Counted from the first letter of the stretch, positions 25,567 to 37,545 are shown. The stretch is DNA of 48,239 bases from Octopus bimaculoides (GCF_001194135.2 NC_068983.1:19420419-19468657); one strand, 5' to 3'. Notes: generated by a model from the sequence alone, not told the origin. Translations and numbers: made by a program.

Positions 25567-25680
25567 CTTCCTGACTGCGAGAGAGTGGAGCTCTTCCGCT
25601 TTGTCCGGAGTCTCTCCCCCACCTCCCTAAGCTTTAGGGTCCTTCAGCGGGCAACCATTGTTGCCAGCTTTCTTCCTTTT
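25090..25680 (-). pseudogene. unidentified, probably retroelement-derived coding remnant with internal poly-A
   Basis: Minus frame NGSLQVDDDVPSACPEVPSVGAVPLT*EEPSSVRILPVTVEETIPNLKDEELIIFIYKGGEVE*IVEEQKETVDMAYTRDPAWPPQ; GC-elevated; no family securely recognised. Confidence 0.3.
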
Positions 25681-25704
25681 TAATCATTTTTGGATTGATA
25701 TGGC

Positions 25705-26010
25705 TATAACGTTTTCAATTATATTCAGGCTTTCCAACATTTCTTTTTCTTTATTGACCTGTTCTACCGCCGCAAATGGCACGTTTGGTTTAGGCCTGAA
25801 AATAAGTGTTGAATTTGCTTTTCTTGTGCAACAGCCTAAACCTTCTGAAAAAACACTTTTGGGAAGTTCCTCATTTCTTGTTTCAGTTCATCGACCTGGT
25901 TCGATCTTTCGACTGGTCCGTTTACGTTATCGCATAAAGCGCTTATGGGTGCATCCCATACATTTCTCCATACATGCTGTGGCAAATAAATTTAAACAAT
26001 TCTCATGATG
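25705..26010 (-). mobile_element. Ty3/Gypsy LTR retrotransposon pol remnant (protease-RT junction)
   Basis: NLFATACMEK/WDAPISALC..ELKQEMRNFPK/VFSEGLGCCTRK..IFRPKPNVPFAAVEQVNKEKEMLESLNIIENV matches the Gypsy F..VF..GLG.C..FRPKR.VPFA....V..EL..L...GII..V motif; frameshifted. Confidence 0.85.
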
Positions 26011-26862
26011 TTTCATATTAAGATGCTTCTATTAAATTTATTCAGTTAAACATAAGTAAATCTTGAAATTAAATGATTTTGCTTTACTTAAACGACCTAA
26101 AACAATTAATGCTTTCATCAGAAGTATTCTGGGTATCGCTAGACACTAAACCTTTCTCTATTTTCTCTCCCTTTTTATTTCAGTGTTCCTTTCTGTCGAA
26201 GAGCGTAGGCTCAAAACGTAAACACCCTTATCACTTCCTGAGCGTTAAACTAATACATCTGTTTGTTGATTACACATCCGTCTTCGTCTTTTGTTGTTTT
26301 TTTTTTTGCAAATTCTCACTATATATANNNNNNNNNNNNNNNNNNNNNNNNNNNNNNNNNNNNNNNNNNNNNNNNNNNNNNNNNNNNNNNNNNNNNNNNN
26401 NNNNNNNNNNNNNNNNNNNNNNNNNNNNNNNNNNNNNNNNNNNNNNNNNNNNNNNNNNNNNNNNNNNNNNNNNNNNNNNNNNNNNNNNNNNNNNNNNNNN
26501 NNNNNNNNNNNNNNNNNNNNNNNNNNNNNNNNNNNNNNNNNNNNNNNNNNNNNNNNNNNNNNNNNNNNNNNNNNNNNNNNNNNNNNNNNNNNNNNNNNNN
26601 NNNNNNNNNNNNNNNNNNNNNNNNNNNNNNNNNNNNNNNNNNNNNNNNNNNNNNNNNNNNNNNNNNNNNNNNNNNNNNNNNNNNNNNNNNNNNNNNNNNN
26701 NNNNNNNNNNNNNNNNNNNNNNNNNNNNNNNNNNNNNNNNNNNNNNNNNNNNNNNNNNNNNNNNNNNNNNNNNNNNNNNNNNNNNNNNNNNNNNNNNNNN
26801 NNNNNNNNNNNNNNNNNNNNNNNNNNNNNNNNNNNNNNNNNNNNNNNNNNCGTATATATATG

Positions 26863-26892
<30 letters not shown>

Positions 26893-26897
<5 letters not shown>

Positions 26898-27100
26898 TTG
26901 TCCCCCCAACATTGCTTGACAACCGATGGTGGTGTGTTTATGTCCCCGTAACTTAGCGGTTCGGCCAAAAAGAGATCGATAGAATAAGTACTAGGCTTAC
27001 AAAGAATAAGTCCTGGGGTCGATTTGCTCGACTAAAGGCGGTGCTCCAGCATGGCCGCAGTCAAATGACTGAAACAAGTAAATGAGTAAAAGAGTAAAAG
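26893..27100 (+). mobile_element. SINE family A, 3' half (5' half probably in the gap)
   Basis: Reverse complement of 24389-24590 at high identity by eye. Confidence 0.9.
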
Positions 27101-27837
27101 ATATATATATATATATATTACATGGAAAAATGCGGGCATGAAAAGTAATGTAGTAAAGGTTGTTTGTGAGGTTTAAAAATAGTAATGAAAAGTAATATTG
27201 TTAAGATTATAAACGTGGAAAAGTACAGGACAAGTTATTACACCTGTAAAAGTAAAAAGTTTAACTTTCTTATCCTTTACGTTACTTGAAGTGATAGTTT
27301 GTCCTGTACTTTTCCAGGTTTATACTCTTAAGAATATTTCTTTTACATGCTCGCATTTTACCATGTAATCCATTTTCCCAGGAATTGCCGTTATAAGATA
27401 ATTAATAATGTGTCAATTAATAATTTAGGATTTTACCTCATAAAATACTGCGTAGGGAGATATATTGGTTGCTATTTTTAGCGCGTCGAGCGATCAGGTA
27501 GAGGCTCTTTCATTTGTTTGATTGCGTGGTGAGATTTTTACACACACACACAGATACACACACCCACACACACATACATATGTAATATGCATATATACCA
27601 TCGGGAGAAGTTAGAGAGTAAGTGAAAAGCTGAGAGTTTTATGTATTGGCATTTATCAAACAAGAATTTGTCCATTGTCACTCTGCAACCTGTGACGAAA
27701 TAACTCCTAAAATACAAACTTTTGTCAAAAACGTTAAGAGTAACAAATTGTACCAGTATCGGAAGTTTCAAAGTGTTTAGTTAAAAAGAAAATTAATTAA
27801 ATAATCCGTATATCGAATTGAATAGATTCCGAAATTA

Positions 27838-27942
27838 ATAAAAAGCAAAGTCGACCTCGGTGGAATTTGAACTCAAAATGTAAAAAGTGGCGAACTACTG
27901 ATGAGCATTTCGCCTGGTGCACTAACGTTTCTGCCAGCTCAA
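27838..27942 (-). mobile_element. SINE family C, head
   Basis: Reverse complement gagctggcagaaacgttagtgcaccaggcgaaatgc...gagttcaaattccaccgaggtcgactttgc; clear A and B boxes. Confidence 0.85.
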
Positions 27943-28739
27943 CGATGAAAGGTCTTTGATAATTAAATTAACAATTGATATTGAACGTGTATATATGTTT
28001 ATTATGACGGTCTTAACGACACTTCCAAAACAATAGATATTTTTAAACATATGAATTTACATCCAATTCTCGCAAAACGTTATATAACAATTTCATATAT
28101 GGTTTATTGAAACTATATGCGCTATTTATATTTTAAAATTTCTCTTCATTCCGTTCTGCACCAAGCTTTGTTTCATCATGCATATAAACAGTATAAAAAT
28201 GTCTCCCTTTGTTCTTCCACCATGAAGTTATCGAGTGTTGCAAGACACTTGTTTTACACATAACTGCGGGAATTATACAGGTCGGAAATATAGTGTGTGC
28301 TTACGTGTATGAATTCATGTTTATACGTGAGTCTGTATTCATATAAATTTATATAAATAAATACGTACATATGTATGAATGTTTGCATATATATATATGA
28401 ATGTTTGCATATATATATATTTCCCAAGGCTACTTTGCATTTGATGTGCTTATGTATTACTAATTATACTTGCTTCATAGATGTTGTAACTGTAAATTTA
28501 TTCGGGCAAGTAAAGGTTTTCGAATATCAAGTATATAATTTATACTTGAACGCGCTTTAATCTCCCTCTAGGCCTAATTTGTGTGGCGTTTAGGATTCCT
28601 AAATGTTAGGACAATTCAGCCAGGGTTTATTTTTCAGAATAACCCTCCCATTGTAGCCATGCTTCAACCATATTAATGTACCTATTTCAGTAACAGCGTG
28701 AAACCAATGTACTTCAGAAATACAGTTATGGGAAATTAT

Positions 28740-29520
28740 ATTTACGAATCATGAATCAATATCTGTTGCAATATTTTCTGACGTTTAAATTCGAGGTAAA
28801 CGCCATAGTTTTGAACTTGAGTCTGCGCATTGATTTTACAAAAGTAATTGTTTCTGGAGTAAAATTCGGATACATGGAATTTTGAATTGATAGTTTTAGC
28901 TGTTGAGTCTTCTGGAACACACGTCATTGGAATCATATAATGTCATTGCTGTTCTGATGTTACTAGTTCAAATGGGGCAAATTTATTCAAAAGTCTTCGT
29001 TTAGAGCCACTGGCTATGAAATACTTGCTTATTTGAGAGCCGTTGATTGTTTTAAATTTATTCTCGAAATGACCTGCAAAATCAGTGTCTTAGATTAATA
29101 ACTTGTGGCAGAACGTAGCATTGTTTTCTAGTCTCGTATTCTCATTCGTCGTTCCAGCGCATCTGGTGTACCATAAATGCATTTTCAAGCAAATCGTAGT
29201 TCCTGTTCTAGGGATGAAATTAAATGAAGGAGTCCATCCACGATATCCGGAAAATGTATTACAATTGTAACAACTGTTAATTCTTTGGTGATGTTTCTCC
29301 TTAGTGCCAGAGAACTGAATTCGACAACTTTGTCAGTGATTAAAATTAGAATCATTTAAACTCACATCGTGCACGGTGGATCAAAACGAATCAAAACACC
29401 TTCCCAAGCCATAGTATCATATGGCCGGTTTTATGCATTCTGGATTTCTGGATTCCGCTGGTCGTGGAAAGTACAATGTCCTTGGAGACTGGTGGCGCTT
29501 CAGTTGAAATAGCATATCTG
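28740..29520 (-). pseudogene. degenerate coding-like remnant, possibly piggyBac-like transposase
   Basis: FN*SATSLQGHCTFHDQ..KPAI*YYGL loosely resembles the DE...FKGR..F.QY.P.KP.KYG motif, and RNNYFC..NYGVY resembles DNYF..G.Y. Motif spacing does not fit an intact transposase. Confidence 0.2.
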
Positions 29521-29541
29521 ACAGGTTAAGAGGACGTTATA

Positions 29542-29810
29542 TACATTATTTACGTTTGACGGATATTTGTCCTCATCCTGTTTGTTGTTAACACAAGGTT
29601 TCGGCTGATATACCCTCCAGCCTTCATCAGGTAACTTCGGGAAATTTCAAACCTGGGTTCACATTCCTAAGGTATTTTTCGATGTTGCTATTATTATTAT
29701 TATTATTATTATTATTGTTGTTGTTGTTATTATTATCATCCAGGTCACTGCCTGGAATCGAACTCGGAATCTTGGGGTTAGTAGCCTGCGCTCTTAACCA
29801 GTACGCCATA
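29542..29810 (-). mobile_element. tRNA-headed SINE (family D) with internal (AAT/AAC)n and hammerhead-like 3' part
   Basis: Head tatggcgtactggttaagagcgcaggctactaaccccaagattccgagttcgattccagg has A and B boxes; tail contains CTGATGA-aggctg-loop-cagcc-GAAAC. Confidence 0.85.
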
Positions 29811-30439
29811 TTCCAAAATATCCGTCAAATGTAAATACTGTAAATAATGTACATAATTCCTCATTTTTCAATATTAAATGATGTATATATATATATATAT
29901 ATNNNNNNNNNNNNNNNNNNNNNNNNNNNNNNNNNNNNNNNNNNNNNNNNNNNNNNNNNNNNNNNNNNNNNNNNNNNNNNNNNNNNNNNNNNNNNNNNNN
30001 NNNNNNNNNNNNNNNNNNNNNNNNNNNNNNNNNNNNNNNNNNNNNNNNNNNNNNNNNNNNNNNNNNNNNNNNNNNNNNNNNNNNNNNNNNNNNNNNNNNN
30101 NNNNNNNNNNNNNNNNNNNNNNNNNNNNNNNNNNNNNNNNNNNNNNNNNNNNNNNNNNNNNNNNNNNNNNNNNNNNNNNNNNNNNNNNNNNNNNNNNNNN
30201 NNNNNNNNNNNNNNNNNNNNNNNNNNNNNNNNNNNNNNNNNNNNNNNNNNNNNNNNNNNNNNNNNNNNNNNNNNNNNNNNNNNNNNNNNNNNNNNNNNNN
30301 NNNNNNATATATATATATATATAATAACGAAGTTGGCTAGACGTAATATAAAACCAACAAGGAGTAATTGAATTGTCACTAGTAATGACTGAGTTTGAAG
30401 AGTAGTGCCTACTTTGCTACAAACATTAATGGCCAGAAA

Positions 30440-30530
30440 AAGCACACTGTCTATGACCTGACCGCGGAGATGACCACCCGCAGCATCTATATATTTCTTG
30501 ACTCTTGTTTCTAGCAATGTAGCTGCTACC
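30440..30530 (-). mobile_element. possible Tc1/mariner transposase C-terminal remnant
   Basis: TRVKKYIDAAGGHL resembles the terminal R....I.A.GGH.E motif; short match only. Confidence 0.25.
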
Positions 30531-30954
30531 CTGAACCCTCAGTCGCTCTCAGAGACAATTGAATTTTTCATTTATAGTTATATATTGCTTGAAGCTACGT
30601 TCCTTATTTTATAATTTACACATTACCATTTAGCTAAATCCTTCATTGATTCATATGGCGAATACTATATGCTGACAGGTAGGATTTAGCTTCACCATAA
30701 GCGACAGAGTAATCAATTCTGATGACATTTAGCTTCAAACGATTCTAGGTTCCTAGTATAGGGATCTCGCTTGCTGTGGGGCGGTTATTTCCCCTGTCAC
30801 TGGATTGACAATATGATCTTTATGGCTGTAAGTGTTTCGACTCTTGTTTGTAACAAAGTGGTACTTTGCACCATCAGTCACTAGATATATGTGTATGTGT
30901 ATGCGTGTGTGTATGTGTCTGAGTGTCTGGATGTGGGTGAGGATGTGAATGTCT

Positions 30955-31043
<89 letters not shown>

Positions 31044-32622
31044 ATATGTATGTATATATACATGTGCGTATGTATGTATATTTATGTAACTACATATGTA
31101 GATAGAAAGATAGATAGATAGATCCCTGTCATAAAACGTACACACATATAAACATCTTAATAAAACATCAGAGAGAGAGAGACACACACACACACACGCA
31201 AAATTATATATGAGCACGTATATACGCTATACTTTTATCTACCGAATGAATGATATTAAAGAAAATATCTTTTGAATACTGACAAGAAATACGATACACC
31301 TTGTTTTAGTGATTCTGATATTTATAAAATTTCATTCTTCTCTCATTACAACATGCAAACGGACTAACGGAAAATCGTATCAGGCAAACGAACATACAAC
31401 AGACATTTCTTGGAACAAAACAATTACGTGATTAAGTGATCAACCAGACACTCAATGAGACAAACAGCCTGCCGACCAAACTATAAAGCAGCAAAATGTG
31501 TAATCCTGTTTATTCCGTTCATGCAACTATCAAAGGAAAACTGATAACATCTGCAATCGAGGGATACGTTTGCTAGTGTAATCACCAATGAGGTTAAACA
31601 ACTGAGTTTAGGTTAATGTGTTCTTAATGTTGTACTAAAAGATAACCATGTTGATATTTTTACTTTCATGTAATTCATTGATTCATGGCAACTCCGTAGC
31701 GCTCTCAAACATTTTAGCTTTTAAGCTAATGCTGTGGTGTTGGTTTAAGGAATTTTGGTTTAGGAATTGGTGTAAACTTTTCTACAGTCAGATCGATGCC
31801 TTTCGCATCAACGATTACACATGGATTTGGAATCAATTTACGAAACCATTTCTCTACCAAGGGACATACTTCAAAGAATTGCACCAGAGATATTGAATCT
31901 CTCCCCTATACATGTCGACACACAGGCGCATTCATATATATATATATATACATATATNNNNNNNNNNNNNNNNNNNNNNNNNNNNNNNNNNNNNNNNNNN
32001 NNNNNNNNNNNNNNNNNNNNNNNNNNNNNNNNNNNNNNNNNNNNNNNNNNNNNNNNNNNNNNNNNNNNNNNNNNNNATATATATATATATACAGAATCAT
32101 ACACATACACACGAATAATAGACGTGTGTTTGGATATTGAGAAATGGTGATGAGCAGATGGATAGTTCAGGATTAAATAAACAGAAAAAAAGAGATAGAG
32201 AGAAATAGTGACGGTAAGAAGGGTGAATATTAATCGTAAGAATCCTCGATATCGCATCTTTGGGCAGAATTATTTCATGTTGATCGTAAATCAAAGATAA
32301 ATTTGAGATCAATGGCATATAATTTTGCACTTCAATTGATAAATTTAACACAGTTTCTTTCAAATGGAGAGGACAGTAGGTATTAAGCCAGGCTATGGAA
32401 CTCGAATACTATATGAAAGCGATGCAGTTAATGTTCTTCTGGAGAACCTGGGAGCGGAGACGATGAGTAATTCTGCAATGTGTGTGATTGGAGCGAATGT
32501 GATACAAACAGATGAAAATGCCGCGGCAGTAACCGCAGATATACACTGCTATGTCATAGTAAGCATTTGGTAACATACACAACAACAACAACAACATCAA
32601 CAACACACATATTTTATATATG

Positions 32623-33041
32623 TATCAGGTCATCCCATAAGTTCTGTCCGATTTTACGTTTTTTTAAAAATTGAATGACATTTAATAATATTTTAGAATG
32701 TCTAATAGAATTGAAATTATATTTATGCATTTGTGTATATTCAAGCTAATTAAATTTTATTTTACAGAATAATAGAATGAAAATTTCTTTCATTAAAACC
32801 CTTTCTAACATGGAAGTATCCAAAGAGCATTTAAGGAACACAATGCTTTATGAGCCCCAAAAAGGAAACTCTGCAGCCGAAGCGACTCGAGCATACACTC
32901 AAATTATGGGAAAGAATGCTTGAATGAAAGAACTTGCAGAAGATGGTTTGCAAAAGGGGAGATTTCAGTCTTGAAGATGAAGATCGAATAAGACGTCCAG
33001 TTGAGTTTGATGATAAGCTCCTTGAGGCATTACTTGAAAAC
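32623..33041 (+). mobile_element. mariner (Mos1-like) element: left TIR plus 5' part of transposase, truncated
   Basis: TA|tcaggtcatcccataagttctgtccg TIR. From ATG 32810: MEVSKEHLRNTMLYEPQKGNSAAEATRA/NYGKECLNERTCRRWFAK/GDFSLEDEDRIRRPVEFDDKLLEALLEN, the classic N-terminal HTH region, frameshifted. Confidence 0.92.
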
Positions 33042-33340
33042 ACAGACAAAAGCACGTCTTGTCTTTAGGAAGGAAATGCAACAAAGAAAGATAGATAGCT
33101 GTTGGTCACGTGTCAGCAATGAGAAGGGAAGAAGAACAAGAGACGGGGACAGAATAGATATAGGTTGTAGAGTGCGCATCGGATTTATTAAGATAAAACT
33201 TCCTTGGAAATGGATGCGTGGCGTTCGATAATATAATAATAGAAATAATATATATATTCATATATACATACATATATGTAATGCCAACATATATATGCAT
33301 ATATACATGCATATATGGGTACAGTACGTCACACAGACAG

Positions 33341-33405
<65 letters not shown>

Positions 33406-33786
33406 TTAGAGACTGTGTGTGTACGCGCGTTTTGCATTTGTGTATACATATATAAGACTATAGTGGGGTGACCAAGTCCATTTATTACACCAGTTTACAA
33501 TTGTTTCAACTGAATTCAATCTGATAAAACGGTTATCTAGTGCAATAGCATATGCAACAACTGGTTCATACGGTATCATATTAAAGAAACGCAGCGAGTT
33601 CATCTTTTCCGAATTATGTATAAAACTCATTTTCTCCCATACTTGATATTCAGATATATTAATGCATGATATATTAATATTCGTGGGATCGAACTCAGAT
33701 GAATCAATTGTAAATTGATAGAAAAAAATACCCTGTTGATTTTGATCCTTATGTATCTGCCTGTGAGCTGGATTTCTATCACTCAC

Positions 33787-33928
33787 ATGGAACGAAGAAT
33801 CCAGTCACTTCTTGCACCAATAATTCAGAAGGCTGCGATGCATCCAATACACACATAGTACACAAAACGAACAAAGTTGGCAGGCAGTAAGTCAACATAT
33901 ACATTGATGGGCGTGGACCACAATTGCG
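33787..33928 (-). CDS. candidate coding exon with signal-peptide-like start
   Basis: Acceptor ttttttgttttttttttcatcag| and donor CCAT|gtgagt; 142 nt open as RNCGPRPSMYMLTYCLPTLFVLCTMCVLDASQPSELLVQEVTGFFVP. Confidence 0.45.
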
Positions 33929-34225
33929 CTGATGAAAAAAAAAACAAAAAAACTCGGAGTGAAGAATTGAGGAGGTGGAAAAATTGGCAGAGAAAATCCC
34001 GATTTAACAACAATTACATTTGGTTTAGATTTACGTGTGTGTGTATGTGCTTGTACGTGCGTGTGTGTGTGTCTTTGCGTGTGTGAGTGTGTTTCATGCT
34101 TGTTTCCAACTAATTACTGACACTACGATTACTCTCAGTTTCTTTATAAGTGCATTTCTGTAGTTTGCAAGACAGATATCCTTATTTCAATAAATCAATG
34201 GAAGAAAATTCAAATTATTTCGGAG

Positions 34226-34227
<2 letters not shown>

Positions 34228-34298
<71 letters not shown>

Positions 34299-34322
34299 TA
34301 TAGACAGACAGAAAGATAGACA
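34228..34322. repeat. (GATA)n/(GACA)n tetranucleotide microsatellite
   Basis: Direct reading. Confidence 0.95.
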
Positions 34323-34653
34323 GACATGAATGGAACATGCTAAATTTGACAGCCAAGTATAACTTTGCTTTTGTTGACATGCAATATAATTAGATAGAAG
34401 CTATGTTTCTTCCGTGGACGAAAGAATGAAGATTCTCGTATGATCTACGATCAATAAGATTACGTTTATTAAACCGTATTGCGGAAAAATAAATGATTTA
34501 CATGGCGGGTGCTTCAACTTTTCCCATTACAGATCTTATCCAATGTCCAGAAAAAAGGGGGTCATAACACTGAAATATAGAAGTACAACATAAAACTGCA
34601 ACTCTGGTTTGGTTTCTTCTTGTGGTTTACTCCGTATCTACACTTCCGTCTTT

Positions 34654-35026
34654 GTGGAAGCGCAATTTCCCAATGGTTAGGGCAGCGGACTCGCGGTTTC
34701 GATTCCCAAACCGGGCGTTGTGAGTGCTTATTGAGCGAATACACCTAAAGCTCCACAAGGGTCCGGCAGGGGATGGTGGCGAACTCTGCTGTACTCTTTC
34801 ACCAACACTTTCTCTCACTCTTACTTCCTGTTTCTGTTGTGCCTGTAATTCAAAGGGTCAGCCTTGTCACACTGTGTCACACTGAATATCCCCGAGAACT
34901 ATGTTAAAGGTACACGTTTCTGTGGAGTGCTCAGCCACTTGCACGCTAATTTCACGAGCAGGCTGTTCCGTTTATCGGATCAACTGGAACCCTCGACATC
35001 GTAAGCGACGGAGTGCCAACAACAAC
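34654..35026 (+). mobile_element. tRNA-derived SINE (family B), near full length
   Basis: Head gtggaagcgcaatttcccaatggttagggcagcggactcgcggtttcgattccc, (AAC)n tail; reverse complement of 44075-44423. Confidence 0.9.
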
Positions 35027-35876
35027 ACTTCTGTCTTTACACAACAATTCACTTTAAAGTACTATATTACTATACCTCTTAAGCCTACATTGAAATATAT
35101 TTGATTGATACAGACAACACTTCATGATTCTTTTTACTTATTTATTTATTTTTCTAAACTATAATGATGTTAATTTTGACTGCTTGAGAAACTTGTATTT
35201 AAAGTTCGTATGTATAAGTCGTATCTCCATTGACATGTTTGGATTTATATAGTTATATAATTACAAAATAAAACATTATTAAACTTAAATTATATGACAC
35301 TTTCTAACTTCCGGAATATGATGATGCCTTAGTCGAACAATAATACAGTTCATGTCAGAATCATGAGACAAACCATCGGGGCATATTCTTATATTTATCA
35401 TTCACTTTTTCTTCAAAAATAAAGTAATAAAAAGTGCTGCAGAATTCTATTTTACCGGCTATTACATTTGCGAGTAATGAACTAATGTAGCAATTAAATC
35501 TTAATTAAAATATGATTGAAACTTTTTTCTAAACTCTAACGTAAAATTTTGAAGACGGGTAAACAACTCAAAATGTGAAATAGAAATATAACAATTAATT
35601 AATTAATTACTGCATTCAATTATTTTCCGATTATCAGAAATACTTACGGCTATGATTTTCAGACGTTGCTATTAATATTCCAAAATAAAAAAAGAGAAAC
35701 GTAGTTTTCTTTTTATTACAAGAGTTAATTAAATAAGATTGAAAAGACAGAAAAAAATGAAACGTTTCAATTTAATATCAAATTATATGTTACATACTGA
35801 GTTTACCTGATCACAGCGCTAATATATTACATCATCTTTGCAACACATATTGCATACATGTCCTCGTCTGTAAGCA

Positions 35877-35914
<38 letters not shown>

Positions 35915-36629
35915 TATATATACACAGACATACGAAAAAAAATATATATGTATACATATAGATATTATATATGTGTGTATATGTAATATATATANNNNNN
36001 NNNNNNNNNNNNNNNNNNNNNNNNNNNNNNNNNNNNNNNNNNNNNNNNNNNNNNNNNNNNNNNNNNNNNNNNNNNNNNNNNNNNNNNNNNNNNNNNNNNN
36101 NNNNNNNNNNNNNNNNNNNNNNNNNNNNNNNNNNNNNNNNNNNNNNNNNNNNNNNNNNTTACATCATCTTTGCAACACATATTGCATACATGTCCTCGTC
36201 TGTAAGCATGCATATATATATATATATTATATGTATGTATATGTATAAATTTGATGTAATCATGAAAATTATGCTATCGATGTTTCGACTCCTTCATTAT
36301 TTTCATTTCACTTATCTTATTAAATCATTATAGTTTTACAAGACCATTTCTTCAGAAGTATTAAATGTTGTTAAACATATTGTAGTTGGAGATCACACAA
36401 ACAAAACTCAAGAAAAATACAAATAATGTTGTAATTATAATGAATAAATGAACTGAAAATTAAGGTGTCCAGAACGAAATAACCAAATAATTTCAGAATA
36501 ATAGTTAAACAGTAGAGGACAAAGAAATTCATAAATATAAATCTTATACTAAAAACAGAGAAATATGATAGATTTGGCTCAAGACGAGTATTTCGGAGAA
36601 ATACTTTCGTATAAGCATTTCGAAGCGTA

Positions 36630-37150
36630 AGTCGCTTACATCGACGCAGTGTTCCAATGGGACTTATTTATCGCCCCGCTAAAGGATGAGAGGCAAAGTC
36701 ATATTTGGCAGAAATTGAACTGACAAAATAAGGGCAAAAGAAATGTAGCCAAGCTCTAAGTCTAGCGTGGTGATGATTCTGCCAGATCGTTGTCATGAGA
36801 AATAAGTAATACTGGTTTCAAATGTCGGTACACGATCAACAATTTCGGGGATGAGAACTGGTCGATTATATCTACATTAGTACTCAATTGTTACTTAATT
36901 GATCGACCCACAAAAGGATTAAAGGTGAACTTACCAGAATTTGAACTCGGAACGTAAAGATGGACAAAAGGCCGCTAAGTATTTTGTCTGGTGTGCTAAA
37001 GATTCTGCCAGTTCGACGCCTTAGAAAAATAAGAAATAACGTTTTCAAATTTTGGCACAAGACCAGTAATTTCCGGGGACCGTGTAAGTCGATTATATTG
37101 CCCCTAGTTTTCAACTGGTTCTTTTTTATCAACCCGAAAGGATGAAAGAC
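36630..37150 (-). mobile_element. three head-to-tail SINE family C copies
   Basis: The aaaggat(g/t)a.ag body recurs near 36682, 36912 and 37137, with at(t)ctgccag head ends near 36780 and 37005. Confidence 0.75.
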
Positions 37151-37354
37151 AAAAGTCGAATAACAATATTTAAATTAAATAATACACAATACTCATAGAG
37201 GGCAAACATTCACAATATTCCTCAAAATATTTTCCACGGAAGTGCTCCATCATGAAAAACTTCATGGCTAAAACAAATGAATAAAAGAATATGATTTAAA
37301 TAATTAAAAGAATATTCCATCAAACGTAAAATAAGAAACGGAGGAAGTAAAAGC

Positions 37355-37545
37355 AGCGACAGCTGGTAGAATTGTTAATATACCAGACAACATCCTTGTG
37401 AGCATATGTTTAGTTCCTTTTCATTCTAAGTTAATTTTTGCTTTTTATCCTTTTTCAGATAGATTAATTTTGTCTTTCGTCTTTTCTGGCTCGATAGAGA
37501 ACAAACAACCTGTCAAGCACAGGGGTCGATGTAATCAACCAACAT
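37355..37545 (+). mobile_element. SINE family C, degenerate plus-strand copy
   Basis: cagctggtagaattgttaatataccag head...ttttgctttttatccttttcag...ggggtcgatgtaatcaacc. Confidence 0.6.

Noticed and set aside
29740-29810. tRNA-like sequences here and at 5340-5408, 27860-27942, 34654-34710 and 44340-44423
   Set aside because: They continue into SINE bodies and lack a complete cloverleaf, so they are SINE heads, not tRNA genes.
31730-31910. Protein-like frames on both strands (for example GRDSISLVQFFEVCPLVEKWFRKLIPNP on minus)
   Set aside because: No recognisable family and weak splice sites.
32364-32573. 69-aa plus ORF ending at a GTAAGC donor
   Set aside because: No family recognised and acceptor weak; insufficient support.
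35828-36220. About 60-bp unique sequence duplicated either side of gap 35995-36158
   Set aside because: Probably an allelic or contig-overlap artefact around a variable (TA)n; needs long reads.
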